From contig NZ_SNUY01000032.1 of NCBI RefSeq assembly GCF_004376175.1, forward strand, positions 12,367-44,366: a DNA stretch of 32,000 nucleotides. Direction: 5' to 3'. The notes beneath the pieces are model-generated. The model made no database searches. It was not told where the DNA came from and saw only the letters and a list, made by a program, of their open reading frames with translations. Positions 10,794-20,616 of the stretch are shown one piece after another. Position numbers and translations under genes: made by a program. Origin of the DNA: Halalkalibacterium halodurans (GTDB lineage: Bacteria; Bacillota; Bacilli; Bacillales; Bacillaceae_D). Position 1 is the first letter of the stretch. Each line of letters begins with the position of its first letter.

Positions 10794-11000
10794 ACATCAT
10801 TACCTCACAATATTGGCTTTTATTTAAACTTAAAAATGAGCGCCACATCAATCTTACGTATCCACCCATCTATTGTAAAGACCTAATTTTATGTAAACTG
10901 AAATGTCGTCAAGGAAAATTGTCGCTCAGCATCAAATTCATCCGCAGGAGCCAGCCCTTTTTATTTGGCTGAAGTAAATAAACGCATGTACGTTCTCGTG

Positions 11001-11056
11001 AAAAAATAGAAGGAGAAGAGAAAGCGGCTATCCGTCATTCTCTCCTTTTCCCTTCT
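11001..11056 (-). terminator. Probable intrinsic terminator after spoVD (imperfect long hairpin)
   Basis: The minus strand reads AGAAGGGAAAAGGAGAGAA...TTCTCTTCTCCTTCT followed by ATTTTTTC, about 25 nt after the spoVD stop. The stem contains internal mismatches. Confidence 0.5.
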
Positions 11057-11080
11057 TTGTTAAAACGTATCTCTTTTATT

Positions 11081-13015
11081 TTAATCTGTAGGCTCTGTGT
11101 CGTCATCCATGTAAAGCCGTATCGTCGATCCAACCGCCACTTTCGTCCCTGGCTCTGGTGCTTGAGCGACGACAACATCCCCTTTACCATCTGCATCAAT
11201 TTTAAGTTCATAATACGATTCATGAAGGTCTCTCTTCGTTCGGCCGACCAAATCAGGAACTTCGACTAAAGGTTCGTCGTTCCATTTCGGCTCTTTTTCA
11301 ATCTGATTTTCTCGCTTTTCAATACCAAGTGCTTGCAAACTATCGCCAATAATCTTTCCAACAATTGGCGCAGCGACAACACCACCGAACTGGACCGTAT
11401 CTTTCGGGTTATCGATTGCAACGTATACAACAATTTGCGGGTCATCTGCTGGAGCGAACCCGATAAACGAGACAATATGATTGTTCTCTAAGTATCGTCC
11501 ATCTTTCGCTTTCTGTGCCGTACCGGTTTTCCCTCCCACTCGATATCCGTCCACAAACGCACCTTGTCCCGTTCCACGTGCAACAACACTTTCTAATGCA
11601 TAGCGAACTTCTTTTGACGTCTCTTCTGAGATAATTTGTCGCCTCATTTTCGGGGCACTTGACTCGACGACTTCTCCTGTATATGGATCAACCCAGTCCT
11701 TTGCTACGTAAGGTTCGTACAAATAACCGCCGTTCACTGCCGCAGAGACAGCTGCTACTTGCTGTATGGGCGTAACCGACACCCCTTGACCGAAGGCTGT
11801 CGTTGCTTGCTCGAGGGGGCCAATCCGATCCCGGTTAAAAATAATTCCTTTCGCTTCACCTTGTAGGTCAATGCCCGTTTTCTGACCAAAGCCAAACGCT
11901 TCAATGTAATCAAACAGCCGATCCTTTCCAAGACGTTCCCCTAGAACGACAAAGCCTGGGTTGCATGAATTCTCTACGACTTCTAAAAAGGTTTGGCTCC
12001 CGTGGCCTCCTTTTTTCCAGCATCGGAGACGGTGTCCTGCCACCTCAATAAACCCTGGATCATGGAACCTATCGTTCGTAAGGTCGACCTCGTTTTCTTC
12101 GAGCGCAGCCGCAAGTGTAATAATTTTAAAAGTAGAGCCTGGCTCATATTGCATCCAAATCGGCTTGTTTTGGTTGTATACTTCAGGGGGAACCTCTCGG
12201 AAGTTTTCAGGGTTATAATGTGGCCGACTGCTCATCCCTAAAATTTCTCCAGTATTGGGGTTCATCGCAATTGCGATCGCGCCATCAGGGGAATAGGTAG
12301 CTTCAGCAATATCCAGCTCTCGTTCAATAATCGTTTGAACCCTGCTGTCAATCGTCAATCGTAAATTTAAGCCGTTGATAGGAGCAGTATATTCGTCAGC
12401 CAAATTAGGTAACCGTTGGCCTTTGGCGTCGGAAAAAAAGGAAACATGTCCTTTCTCTCCCTTTAGCTGCTCATCATAATAAAGCTCCAATCCCGTGAGT
12501 CCTTGGTTATCAATACCAGCAAACCCAAGAACGTGGGACAAATAGCTTCCAAACGGGTAATGACGCTTGCTGTCTTCGGCAATGTAAACACCAGGAAGCC
12601 TGAGCTTCCGTACCTCATTGGCCTTGTCTTTTGAGATTTTACGTCCTTCTGGATTCAACCGAACGATTGACTCTCTTTTTGTAATTAATTCATACGCTTT
12701 TTGCCTGTCCATTTGCAAAACATTGGCTAACTTCTCAGCCGTCTCCGTTGGATCTTTCACTTGACGAGGAACGACGAGAATGGATGGTGCACTAACATTT
12801 GTCGCCAAGACAACGTCGTTTCGATCGGTGATCTCTCCTCGTTTCGCTTCAAATGGCACATCCCTACTCCATGAGTCTTGTGCTTGACCTGTTAACCAAT
12901 CACCCAAGGCAAATTGAACGTACCCGAGTCGTAGCATAATAATAAGAAAGGCTGCTAATCCAACCAAAAGAACGAAGATGAGACGTCTTCGGACAGTGAC
13001 ATTTGACACTCGCAC
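11081..13015 (-). CDS. spoVD: Sporulation-specific class B penicillin-binding protein SpoVD (transpeptidase with one C-terminal PASTA domain)
   Basis: GTG start 7 nt after GGAGGT. The N-terminus MRVSNVTVRRRLIFVLL is nearly identical to B. subtilis SpoVD. It carries SxxK (STFK), SCN and KTGTA motifs plus a C-terminal PASTA domain. It is located between pbpB and murE. Confidence 0.9.
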   Translation of the reverse strand: MRVSNVTVRRRLIFVLLVGLAAFLIIMLRLGYVQFALGDWLTGQAQDSWSRDVPFEAKRGEITDRNDVVLATNVSAPSILVVPRQVKDPTETAEKLANVLQMDRQKAYELITKRESIVRLNPEGRKISKDKANEVRKLRLPGVYIAEDSKRHYPFGSYLSHVLGFAGIDNQGLTGLELYYDEQLKGEKGHVSFFSDAKGQRLPNLADEYTAPINGLNLRLTIDSRVQTIIERELDIAEATYSPDGAIAIAMNPNTGEILGMSSRPHYNPENFREVPPEVYNQNKPIWMQYEPGSTFKIITLAAALEENEVDLTNDRFHDPGFIEVAGHRLRCWKKGGHGSQTFLEVVENSCNPGFVVLGERLGKDRLFDYIEAFGFGQKTGIDLQGEAKGIIFNRDRIGPLEQATTAFGQGVSVTPIQQVAAVSAAVNGGYLYEPYVAKDWVDPYTGEVVESSAPKMRRQIISEETSKEVRYALESVVARGTGQGAFVDGYRVGGKTGTAQKAKDGRYLENNHIVSFIGFAPADDPQIVVYVAIDNPKDTVQFGGVVAAPIVGKIIGDSLQALGIEKRENQIEKEPKWNDEPLVEVPDLVGRTKRDLHESYYELKIDADGKGDVVVAQAPEPGTKVAVGSTIRLYMDDDTEPTD

Positions 13016-13196
13016 AGCAAGTACCTCCCCGGTTCAATTCTGCGAAAGCCCGCTTTCCTTTCCTACCATCCTAGGAACATTTTGATAGCGGAATTGAAGA
13101 GGGCCGATCAATCAACCATCGACCCCCTCCAAGAAGTAGGCTTGTTTCAACTTATTCGAATAGGGAGTTGTTTATGCGAATCGTTATACGCTTTTC

Positions 13197-15368
13197 TTAC
13201 TCTTCGTCTTCTTCTTTCTCGCCAGTCTTTGTTTCTTGACGGGTTGGCGAAGCTAGCTCAACGACCATATAGTCTCCAGGTGTAATTGTATCTCCTTCTT
13301 CAATGCTTTGACCGACGACAAATCCTTGACCAAAAAGGTTCACATTCACATCAAGGACATTCGCAACTTTCAACACATCACGTAGCGACCATCCGATCAT
13401 GGACGGAAGAGTGTACGATTCACTTTCTGTTCGAAGAATGACTCGCTCCCCTTCTAGCAGTGTATGTCCTGAATACGGTTGCTGTCCTTCCACTGTGTCT
13501 CCTTCACCTAAAACGTATACTTTCATTCCTGCTTGTTCAAGCTCTTCCCGTGCCGATCGTGCTGATTCACCTATAAAGTCGGCTAGCTCATAACCTTCTT
13601 CTTCCTCATCCTTTAGCTCCTCTACTGAAGGAGAAATGTTCAAGTATTGGAGGCTGTGGTTCATAATCGTATTAAAGATTTTCGCCACTGGCTCCGATCC
13701 TACTTGGTTCGTGTTTAGCGACGGACGATCAACGGCCACATAGACGATCACACTCGGATCATCTTTTGGCGCCACCCCAATAAAAGAAAAGATATTCTGT
13801 CCATGACCATTTAAATAACCAGGACCGTCTGGATTTCTTACTTGGGCTGTTCCTGTCTTTCCAGCCACATCGAATCCTTCTAAATAAAATGGACGACCCG
13901 TTCCTGATGACGAGGTAACGACCGTTTCCAAAATGTCTCGTACTTCCTTTGCCGTTTCTTTAGAAATGGGCTCTCCTACCACTTCCGGTTCCTTCTCTGC
14001 AATGACCTTTCCTGTTTCAGAGTCTACAATTCGATCAACGACATAAGGCTTCATCATCTTCCCATCGTTTGCAATCGCCGTCATGGCCTGAATTTGTTGA
14101 ATCGGCGTCACAGCTGTCCCTTGTCCAAATGCTGTGGATGCCGCATCCCGTAGCGACCCTTTCGCATAGACGCTCGCTGCTTCATTCGGTAGATCAATAC
14201 CTGTTGGTTCACCGAAACCAAATTCATCTAAGTATTCGTAAAGTTTTTCAGGACCCAGCTTCTCCAAGGCAATTTTTGAAAACCCAACATTTGATGAGCG
14301 CTGCATCGCTTCTAGGTATGAAATCGTCCCCCACCCGCGCCCTTGGTTATGGTCGCGAATCGGCGGGTTCGTATCATTTCTAATCGTATACGTACCAGAT
14401 TGATACTGTTCATTAACGTTTAGTACCCCTTCCTCTAAAGCTGCCGCTAGGGTAAACACCTTCATCGTAGAACCAGGTTCATATCGATCTGATACAGCGT
14501 AGTTCATGTAGTTTGTAATTTGCTCATATTCATTCGGATTAAAGGTTGGCCGATTGCTCATCGCTAAAATTTGACCTGTTTTCGGGTCAGCGACGATCGC
14601 AATGATTCGCTCAGGTTTATATTCTTCCTCCACCTGTGTCATGACTTGATCTAATGCCGTCTGAATATTGGAATCTAAAGTCAAGTAGACATCATTTCCT
14701 GTTTTTGCCGGTTCAATTTGCTCACTCGGGCGCGGGAGAGGAATTCCTTGGCCGTCCTTCTTAAACCGAATCTCTCCATCCTCTCCACGAAGATATTCAT
14801 CCAGGCTTCGCTCAAGACCCATACGTGATTCCCCCATGTCTCGGTCTGTGTAACCGATGAGGTGGGAAGCATATGTATGCTTCGGATAATATCGTCTCGG
14901 TTCTTCTGTGAAATAAATGCCTGGCAGATCTAAATCGGCAATCTTATCTCGCTGCTCTTGTGTTAAGTTCCTTGCCCCAGCACCTAGCTCGACTTGGTAG
15001 ACATCCCGTGTAAGCAATTCTAATAAGCGCTCTTCTGACATATTGATATGTTCTGCCAACAATTGAGCGGTCCGCTCCGGATCTTCTACTGCCGGTTGGT
15101 GAGAATTATCAAGAACGGCATATACAGAATAAGACGTGACTTCTTCTGCCAGAGCATCGCCATTTCGATCCCTAATCGTGCCTCTTTTCCCATGAAGAAC
15201 CTCAGAACTTGTCCACCTTGCCTCTGCAATTGCTTGAAGAGAGTAGCCTTTTACTTCTTTTTCGATTTGTAAATATAAGAACCTTGCAATTAAAACAGAG
15301 AATACGACGATAAACAAGACTAGCATGAGCACTGCACGTTTATTCGTCGCTGCTCGTTTAATGTCCAT
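13197..15368 (-). CDS. pbpB: Class B penicillin-binding protein PBP2B (division transpeptidase, FtsI homologue; two C-terminal PASTA domains)
   Basis: Carries STMK, SSN and KTGTAQ motifs and tandem PASTA-like repeats at the C-terminus. It lies downstream of ftsL. The ATG at 15368 (MDIKRAATNKR) is 9 nt after GGAGGTG. The track start at 15392 is a GTG upstream of that SD. Confidence 0.9.
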   Translation of the reverse strand: MDIKRAATNKRAVLMLVLFIVVFSVLIARFLYLQIEKEVKGYSLQAIAEARWTSSEVLHGKRGTIRDRNGDALAEEVTSYSVYAVLDNSHQPAVEDPERTAQLLAEHINMSEERLLELLTRDVYQVELGAGARNLTQEQRDKIADLDLPGIYFTEEPRRYYPKHTYASHLIGYTDRDMGESRMGLERSLDEYLRGEDGEIRFKKDGQGIPLPRPSEQIEPAKTGNDVYLTLDSNIQTALDQVMTQVEEEYKPERIIAIVADPKTGQILAMSNRPTFNPNEYEQITNYMNYAVSDRYEPGSTMKVFTLAAALEEGVLNVNEQYQSGTYTIRNDTNPPIRDHNQGRGWGTISYLEAMQRSSNVGFSKIALEKLGPEKLYEYLDEFGFGEPTGIDLPNEAASVYAKGSLRDAASTAFGQGTAVTPIQQIQAMTAIANDGKMMKPYVVDRIVDSETGKVIAEKEPEVVGEPISKETAKEVRDILETVVTSSSGTGRPFYLEGFDVAGKTGTAQVRNPDGPGYLNGHGQNIFSFIGVAPKDDPSVIVYVAVDRPSLNTNQVGSEPVAKIFNTIMNHSLQYLNISPSVEELKDEEEEGYELADFIGESARSAREELEQAGMKVYVLGEGDTVEGQQPYSGHTLLEGERVILRTESESYTLPSMIGWSLRDVLKVANVLDVNVNLFGQGFVVGQSIEEGDTITPGDYMVVELASPTRQETKTGEKEEDEE

Positions 15369-15430
15369 ACTACATGCACCTCCGCCAGACACGTTCGTTA
15401 CTACGCGAAAAAACTAGTTCCTCGGGAGAA

Positions 15431-15793
15431 CTAGTTTTGAACGACCTTCACATTCTCATCCTCTAATTTCATTCCAAGGCTTTTCGCAATTTTCAGGATA
15501 CGTTCCGGACTGCTCAGTTCAACAACTTGCAATGAAAGACCATCATTAATTTGCTCTTGAGCTGCAACCGTCTGTTCAAGTTCATGAATCTCTCGATTGA
15601 CAGAGTACATGGTGGCATAATTATGTACCGAAAAACCGATGAACAGTAAAAACGCGACCGTTAGCATTCCTAGTAACATTTTTTCCCCTTTTGTAATTTT
15701 CCCTCTTTGCCTTCTCGGCCTTGGCGCAGGTTGTTGCGGAGCTTGTCCCGGTTGTCGGCGGACATGTTCAATCGATCTTGCTACGTTTTGCAT
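15431..15793 (-). CDS. ftsL: Cell division protein FtsL
   Basis: 120 aa bitopic protein with a basic, Pro/Gln-rich N-terminus, one TM helix (LLGMLTVAFLLFIGF) and a coiled-coil-like region (IHELEQTVAAQEQINDGLSLQVVELSSPERI). It lies between rsmH and pbpB. Confidence 0.85.
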   Translation of the reverse strand: MQNVARSIEHVRRQPGQAPQQPAPRPRRQRGKITKGEKMLLGMLTVAFLLFIGFSVHNYATMYSVNREIHELEQTVAAQEQINDGLSLQVVELSSPERILKIAKSLGMKLEDENVKVVQN

Positions 15794-15840
15794 AGTTCAA
15801 CCTCCCCTTTTTTCTTTATGTTGTTTAGTAGGTGTCCTGT

Positions 15841-16773
15841 CTATTGTTTCTCAGCGATTCGTAACTTCGCTGATCGTGCTCGATTGTTCAGTTCAATTTC
15901 TTCGGCAGTCGGAACGATCGGCTTTTTCGTAATAAGCTTCAATGTTGCTTTGTACTCCTCAGGAATGACAGGCAAACCAGGAGGAACATCCGGTCCCTTA
16001 CTAGCCTCGCGAAACATTTCTTTGCAAATACGATCCTCTAATGAATGAAATGTAATGACACAAATCCTGCCCTTTGGAGCCGTCAGGTCAATGGCTGCTT
16101 CCAACGCCTCTTCAAATGCTCCAAGTTCATCATTTACTGCAATTCGAATCGCCTGGAAAGTTCGTTTAGCCGGATGCCCCCCCGTCCGTCTAGCAGGCGC
16201 AGGAATGGCCTCCTTAATAATGTCAACTAATTCACCTGTCGTTCGAATCGGCTTTTTTTCCCTAGATTGCTCTATTTTCCGAGCAATCTGTTTGGCAAAC
16301 CGCTCCTCACCATAACGGGAAATGATCTTCATTAACTCAATGAAATCCCATTGATTCACAACCTCATAAGCAGATAATGACTGTGAGCGATTCATTCTCA
16401 TATCCAGTGGAGCATCTCGATGATAACTAAATCCTCTTTCATCCTCATCAAGTTGAGGGGAGGAAACACCGAGATCGAAAAGAACCCCGTCGACGTGGTG
16501 AACACCAAGTTCCTCTAATTTTTCTCTCATATAACGAAAATTACTTTCGATTAACGTGAATGAACCACGATAAGGGCTAAGCGTTTCTTTTGCATGCGAA
16601 AGAGCATATTGGTCTTGATCGAACGCATATAAATGGCCGCCTCCCGTTAATTGTTTAACAATTTCCTGAGAGTGCCCTGCCCCACCTAGTGTGCAGTCCA
16701 CATAGATGCCATCAGGCTTAATATTTAACCCTATAACAGATTCGTTTTTTAATACGGTAACATGTTCGAACAT
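15841..16773 (-). CDS. rsmH: 16S rRNA (cytosine1402-N4)-methyltransferase
   Basis: 310 aa with [25 protein letters not shown] and FHSLEDR motifs. It lies directly downstream of mraZ. Confidence 0.95.
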   Translation of the reverse strand: MFEHVTVLKNESVIGLNIKPDGIYVDCTLGGAGHSQEIVKQLTGGGHLYAFDQDQYALSHAKETLSPYRGSFTLIESNFRYMREKLEELGVHHVDGVLFDLGVSSPQLDEDERGFSYHRDAPLDMRMNRSQSLSAYEVVNQWDFIELMKIISRYGEERFAKQIARKIEQSREKKPIRTTGELVDIIKEAIPAPARRTGGHPAKRTFQAIRIAVNDELGAFEEALEAAIDLTAPKGRICVITFHSLEDRICKEMFREASKGPDVPPGLPVIPEEYKATLKLITKKPIVPTAEEIELNNRARSAKLRIAEKQ

Positions 16774-16802
16774 GATTCGAGCTCCTTTTACGTCCCGACC
16801 GT

Positions 16803-17234
16803 TTACAAATCAAAATCAACGATGTTTTCAGCAATCTCACTAAATGATTCTTCGGACTCTGCAAAGTACTCTTCCCAAAGCTCTTTGCTCCAAATCTCCA
16901 CTCGGTTAGAAACACCGATGACGACACATTCTTTTTTCAACTGGGCAAATTCACGCAATGGGGAGGCAATATTTACTCTTCCCTGTTTGTCTAGTTCACA
17001 TTCCGTAGCCCCCGAGAAAAAGAAACGGGTAAAAGCACGGGCGTCTTTTTTCGTAAATGGGAGGTTTTTAAGTGATTCTTCGAGCTTTTTCCATTCCACT
17101 TGAGGGTACACAAACAAGCAACGGTCCAGCCCACGGGTTACAACGAATGTCTCGCCTAATTCATCACGAAACTTCGCAGGGATAATCATCCGTCCTTTTT
17201 CATCCACATTGTGGCGATATTCCCCCATGAACAT
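16803..17234 (-). CDS. mraZ: Transcriptional regulator MraZ
   Basis: From the ATG at 17234 the protein reads [23 protein letters not shown]...DKQGRVNIA (143 aa), matching the B. subtilis MraZ N-terminus and both DxxxR repeats. The 17 upstream codons in the ORF track are leader sequence. Confidence 0.95.
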   Translation of the reverse strand: MFMGEYRHNVDEKGRMIIPAKFRDELGETFVVTRGLDRCLFVYPQVEWKKLEESLKNLPFTKKDARAFTRFFFSGATECELDKQGRVNIASPLREFAQLKKECVVIGVSNRVEIWSKELWEEYFAESEESFSEIAENIVDFDL

Positions 17235-17240
17235 GAGACT

Positions 17241-17296
17241 CCAGCTCCCCCCACTTTCTACCTTTAATCTACCACATCCCCCCACTTTTCACCACT
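17241..17296 (-). promoter_or_regulatory. Array of phased GTGG-core direct repeats (candidate MraZ operator in the dcw promoter/leader)
   Basis: The minus strand reads AGTGG-tgaaa-AGTGG-gggga-TGTGG-tagat-taaaggtagaa-AGTGG-gggga-GCTGG. The first three boxes are exactly 10 nt apart. The 11-mer AAAGTGGGGGG occurs twice. Confidence 0.5.
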
Positions 17297-17320
17297 ATTA
17301 TTTTTGATTCTTTTCCTAAC

Positions 17321-17352
17321 AAAAAAATCCTGCACAAATGGCAGGATTTTTT
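17321..17352. terminator. Intrinsic terminator after bshC (bidirectional in form)
   Basis: The plus strand reads AAAAAAATCCTGC-acaaatg-GCAGGATTTTTT. On the minus strand the 7-bp stem is followed by TTTTTTTG, 37 nt after the bshC stop. Confidence 0.8.
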
Positions 17353-17388
17353 CTTCCCTTTCTTTCGACAGGGATCTTAGACGAATAT

Positions 17389-19005
17389 TTACAGTTTTAC
17401 GAGGTAATGGACGCCCATTTTGTTGATATTCATGGAAATGAGCCTAGGGATGAAGTCATCACCTACGATATTTAACAATTGGATCACATGATCATGACGT
17501 TCTTGTAATAAACCATTAGGTTTGAGCCACCTTTCTGCTTCATCAAACTTAGATAGCTCATGTTCAAATCGTTCCCGAACGTGCCGCTTCATTCGGCGCT
17601 CCATAAACCGAAGTTGACTCTCAATAATAGACCAGTTTTTATTCGCTAATTTACCAGGTGTTTCTCCGATCTGTTCCGCTAGGTCTTTTATAGGTTTATG
17701 ACTATGGCGGATTTGAGTAATCGCTTCCTCCACCACTTGATCAATCGGCCACGGGGTTTGTTCTTCTAGCCATCCTTCTTTCTCCTTTTCTAATCCGTGT
17801 GCGATCGCTTTTTCATATGAATACTGTTTTTCAGCAAACCATTTTTGTACAGCAGACGGCACGCATGTTGCCGAAATGCGGGGGACAACTGGAGACATCT
17901 TCATCCCACATTCATGAAACACTCGTTTCAACGTTGCCCAATACGAAATTTCTCCAGGGCCTGCCACAAAGGCAAGGACAGGGAACAACGCATCTTGCAT
18001 GACCGGCCTTGTGACAACATTGTTGCTAAAGCGCTCGGGGTGAAGGGTTAGGTGCTCAAGCAACTCTTCTCTAGAGAACGTTTGATTTTTTCCATTGAGT
18101 TCATAATTTTCTCCAGTATAATCGATACGGTAGCGAATCCCTTCCTCGACATAAAACAAATGAGCATTTGTTTCTTCGGTTATGATCGGTCTTCCATAAC
18201 CAGCTTGTTCAAGCTTTTTCACTTGATGAGCAAAGGATCCTTGGACGTTTTTCGTTTTTTGGATCAGCATGTGAAAACAGGATTTCTCCAAGGTCCGAAA
18301 AGACGGGTCCCCTGAGTCAAAAACGACAAGCCCTTCGTCTCTAAACAAATAGAGAAGGAGCTCGGCAAAAAAATCCGTGTATGTATTCGATCTGCCAGCT
18401 AACGTTTTGACACGCTCATACAACGGGAGCGTATGCTCTGTTTCTGGTAAGGAGCGAAATACAGTTGCTAACCATTTGGCGAGTGTCTCTTTGTTTAAGC
18501 CTGCTTCACTTGCGATCCGCTTCCGTTTTTCCTCAATTCTGTGTAACCGCCATCTCCCGTTTTTTTCAATGGGAACAGCGTTGATTTCATCAAGATCATG
18601 ATCCTCTCCAGCGATCCAAAACACCGGAACCACTGGGACGCCTAATGCTCGCTCTTGTTCCCTTGCAAGCAAAACAATGGTCACAGCTTTATAAATCGTA
18701 TAAAGGGGGCCTGTTAACAGGCCGGCCTGTTGGCCACCGATGACGACAACGGAGCGGGGATCTTTCAACTTTTCTACTTGCTGAGCAGCTTTATCATGAA
18801 AAACAAATCGTTTTTGATACGACAGAAGTGCTTTAGATAATGCATCGCGGTCGTAGGGTTGCCCCTGTAAGTCACTAAGGCGTTGCTGAAAAACAGTCGG
18901 TTGATGAATGTTATAATCAAAAAAGGATAACATGTCGTTCTGATTATTCAAATAATCTTTAGCAGCTTTAGATGAAGGGAGAAGCTTTAATTCCTCAACA
19001 ATCAT
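17389..19005 (-). CDS. bshC: Bacillithiol biosynthesis cysteine-adding enzyme BshC (YllA)
   Basis: 538 aa. It carries the motifs VVIGGQQAGLLTGPLYTIYK, WIAGEDHDLDEIN and HPERFSNNVVTRP, ends in VKL like B. subtilis BshC, and occupies the conserved position just upstream of mraZ. Confidence 0.9.
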   Translation of the reverse strand: MIVEELKLLPSSKAAKDYLNNQNDMLSFFDYNIHQPTVFQQRLSDLQGQPYDRDALSKALLSYQKRFVFHDKAAQQVEKLKDPRSVVVIGGQQAGLLTGPLYTIYKAVTIVLLAREQERALGVPVVPVFWIAGEDHDLDEINAVPIEKNGRWRLHRIEEKRKRIASEAGLNKETLAKWLATVFRSLPETEHTLPLYERVKTLAGRSNTYTDFFAELLLYLFRDEGLVVFDSGDPSFRTLEKSCFHMLIQKTKNVQGSFAHQVKKLEQAGYGRPIITEETNAHLFYVEEGIRYRIDYTGENYELNGKNQTFSREELLEHLTLHPERFSNNVVTRPVMQDALFPVLAFVAGPGEISYWATLKRVFHECGMKMSPVVPRISATCVPSAVQKWFAEKQYSYEKAIAHGLEKEKEGWLEEQTPWPIDQVVEEAITQIRHSHKPIKDLAEQIGETPGKLANKNWSIIESQLRFMERRMKRHVRERFEHELSKFDEAERWLKPNGLLQERHDHVIQLLNIVGDDFIPRLISMNINKMGVHYLVKL

Positions 19006-19043
19006 AATTTACAGACGTCCTTTCTCGCCAGGATACGCCTTGA

Positions 19044-19080
19044 ATTATAGCAAAATTCATTCTTCACACAAACTATTACG
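19044..19080 (-). promoter_or_regulatory. Candidate sigma-A promoter for bshC (extended -10)
   Basis: The minus strand has TTTGTG, about 17 nt, then TGCTATAAT (TGnTATAAT extended -10), roughly 35 nt upstream of the bshC ATG. The -35 element is weak. Confidence 0.35.
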
Positions 19081-19081
19081 C

Positions 19082-19468
19082 TTAGTAGAATTTCATAATG
19101 TTCACCACAAGGCCGACTCCACTTAAAAGAAAGTAAAGAATAAAGAAGAACAGAAAGTTCAATCGCCAAATTCCTCTCGCTAACTTTCTAATGTATATAT
19201 CCTCTGCGACCTTATAATGCATGTATGTAAAAAACATTGCGATCAGAAAGAACACGGCAAGAATGATCCAAATAGACATATTTGTCCACATCGACTTTAG
19301 AATAAAATAGACACCTAACATAAACAGTAGTGTAGAGAAATCAGATGCCAGCCGAACAGATCGACGCTTGTTCTTCGTCCATTTTACAACAACAATATAA
19401 ACCAAATACCATCCGATGAAGGGCACTGTAATCACAGTAGCCACGAGCCAAACGAGCGCATTTGTCAA
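19082..19468 (-). CDS. Small integral membrane protein, about 4 TM helices (probably DUF3397 family)
   Basis: 128 aa and strongly hydrophobic with basic loops (KWTKNKRRSVR). The TTG start overlaps the panE stop as TTGA. The family assignment is from memory of Bacillaceae genomes, where such a protein sits between panE and bshC, and is unverified. Confidence 0.65.
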   Translation of the reverse strand: MTNALVWLVATVITVPFIGWYLVYIVVVKWTKNKRRSVRLASDFSTLLFMLGVYFILKSMWTNMSIWIILAVFFLIAMFFTYMHYKVAEDIYIRKLARGIWRLNFLFFFILYFLLSGVGLVVNIMKFY

Positions 19469-20391
19469 CCCATCCTCACCTTCCTTCCCTCTTCATCCAT
19501 TCCCATCACCGCATGATAGACAAACGATGTGTTAGGGATTTCAATTCCTTTCTTAGCTGCTTCCTTTATAAGATATCCTGTAATACTCTCAATTTCAGTT
19601 CTTCTATGATGAGTCAAATCCATGTACATGGAGGACAGGTTATTTGCTGTTTTATCACAAATGGCCCGCGTATAAGCAAGGTGTTCGTCTACTTCCCTTT
19701 CCCTCCCTAATGTTACACACGCTTCCTTCACAAGCTCTTTCAACAATAACGAAAATAGCTGATTTTCAATAAGCGCCCCATTTTTGACTCGAAATAACCC
19801 AGTTAAAGGATTTATTGCTGCATTGGCAATCAGTTTTCTTTCCATTTTATCTCGCCAATTTGTTACTTTCTGAGCCTTAAGTCCCACGTTATGCAAACAA
19901 GCCCACATCGGGTCGAAATTCTTGCTATCTCCTACCATATCACCGATCCATATCGTTCCGTCTCCCGTATGCTGTACCCTCACATCGCTCTCTCGTTTCG
20001 CACCAATTTCGACAATTCCGCAGCAAATAGCTCGAGCAGGTATTTGGCGCAAGATTTCTAAATGGGTCATACCGTTTTGAAAAAAAACAAGACCGTCCCA
20101 CTTCTTCCTCTGGAGTTGTGGTAACAGTGCTTTAACTGCAAAGCTTTTTACCGTGATAAACCCTACCTCTGCCTCTTCTGCAGAGAAAGAAGACAAAGGA
20201 GTTGCTGTCACGGAAATAGGCTGATGTTCTCCTGATTTTGCAACGAATGTTAACCCTTCTTTATTTAAATGATCAGCTTGTTCCGGGCGATTCGTTACGA
20301 GGAGAGCTGGCCAATTTGCAAGCTTTAGATAGGCATATAGCAAGAGACCTATCGAACCAGAACCAATGACCGCTACTCTCGGCTTCTCCAT
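19465..20391 (-). CDS. panE: 2-dehydropantoate 2-reductase (ketopantoate reductase, YlbQ/PanE family)
   Basis: The N-terminal Rossmann motif is VAVIGSGSIGLLL, and the C-terminal ApbA-like region has NPLTGL...SSMYMDL...RRTEIESITGYL. The ATG at 20391 (MEKPR) is 8 nt after AAAGGA; the track ATG at 20400 abuts the SD. Confidence 0.85.
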   Translation of the reverse strand: MEKPRVAVIGSGSIGLLLYAYLKLANWPALLVTNRPEQADHLNKEGLTFVAKSGEHQPISVTATPLSSFSAEEAEVGFITVKSFAVKALLPQLQRKKWDGLVFFQNGMTHLEILRQIPARAICCGIVEIGAKRESDVRVQHTGDGTIWIGDMVGDSKNFDPMWACLHNVGLKAQKVTNWRDKMERKLIANAAINPLTGLFRVKNGALIENQLFSLLLKELVKEACVTLGREREVDEHLAYTRAICDKTANNLSSMYMDLTHHRRTEIESITGYLIKEAAKKGIEIPNTSFVYHAVMGMDEEGRKVRMG

Positions 20392-20506
20392 ATGTATCAT
20401 CCTTTTTTCCTATTTGGTCAAGATTTTACCATACGAACAAGAATTGGACTAGTTGATTTAGTTGTGAGAATAGTAAAACTTTTTTTATTGCAACGAAAAT
20501 TGTTAA

Positions 20507-20536
20507 TTGAACTGAGCTTTTATAGTAAAATAGAAT
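20507..20536 (+). promoter_or_regulatory. Candidate sigma-A promoter for ylbP
   Basis: TTGAAC, 18 nt, then TAGAAT, located 80 nt upstream of the ylbP ATG in the divergent panE/ylbP region. Confidence 0.3.
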
Positions 20537-20616
20537 TGTAATCCTTTACAGATGTTTAACATCCATCTTTTTGAACGTACACATGGAGAGAAGTTATGTC
20601 AAAGGAGGAATAAGTC

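Noticed and set aside
10700-11223. ORFs in or around the murE-spoVD spacer (10700-10972 plus, 11035-11223 minus, 11057-11269 plus) that might have been small accessory genes.
   Set aside because: They start or end inside murE or spoVD, have no SD, and run through the terminator hairpin and promoter-like AT-rich sequence. The spacer is better explained as the spoVD terminator plus a murE promoter region. The best murE promoter candidate (TTGACG, 15 nt, TAAAAT) was too weak to list.
13016-13196. I looked for a sigma-E promoter upstream of spoVD and a terminator after pbpB. There is a GC-rich stem at about 13100-13145 (GGAGGGGGTCGAT...ATCGGCCCTCT).
   Set aside because: No CATACAnT-type -10 element with a correctly spaced -35 element was found, and the hairpin has no U-tract. 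I cannot support either call from sequence alone.
20551-20563. The palindrome GATGTT-T-AACATC in the ylbP leader.
   Set aside because: A 6+6 palindrome is expected by chance at roughly the 5 percent level in a 216-bp spacer, and there is no supporting context.
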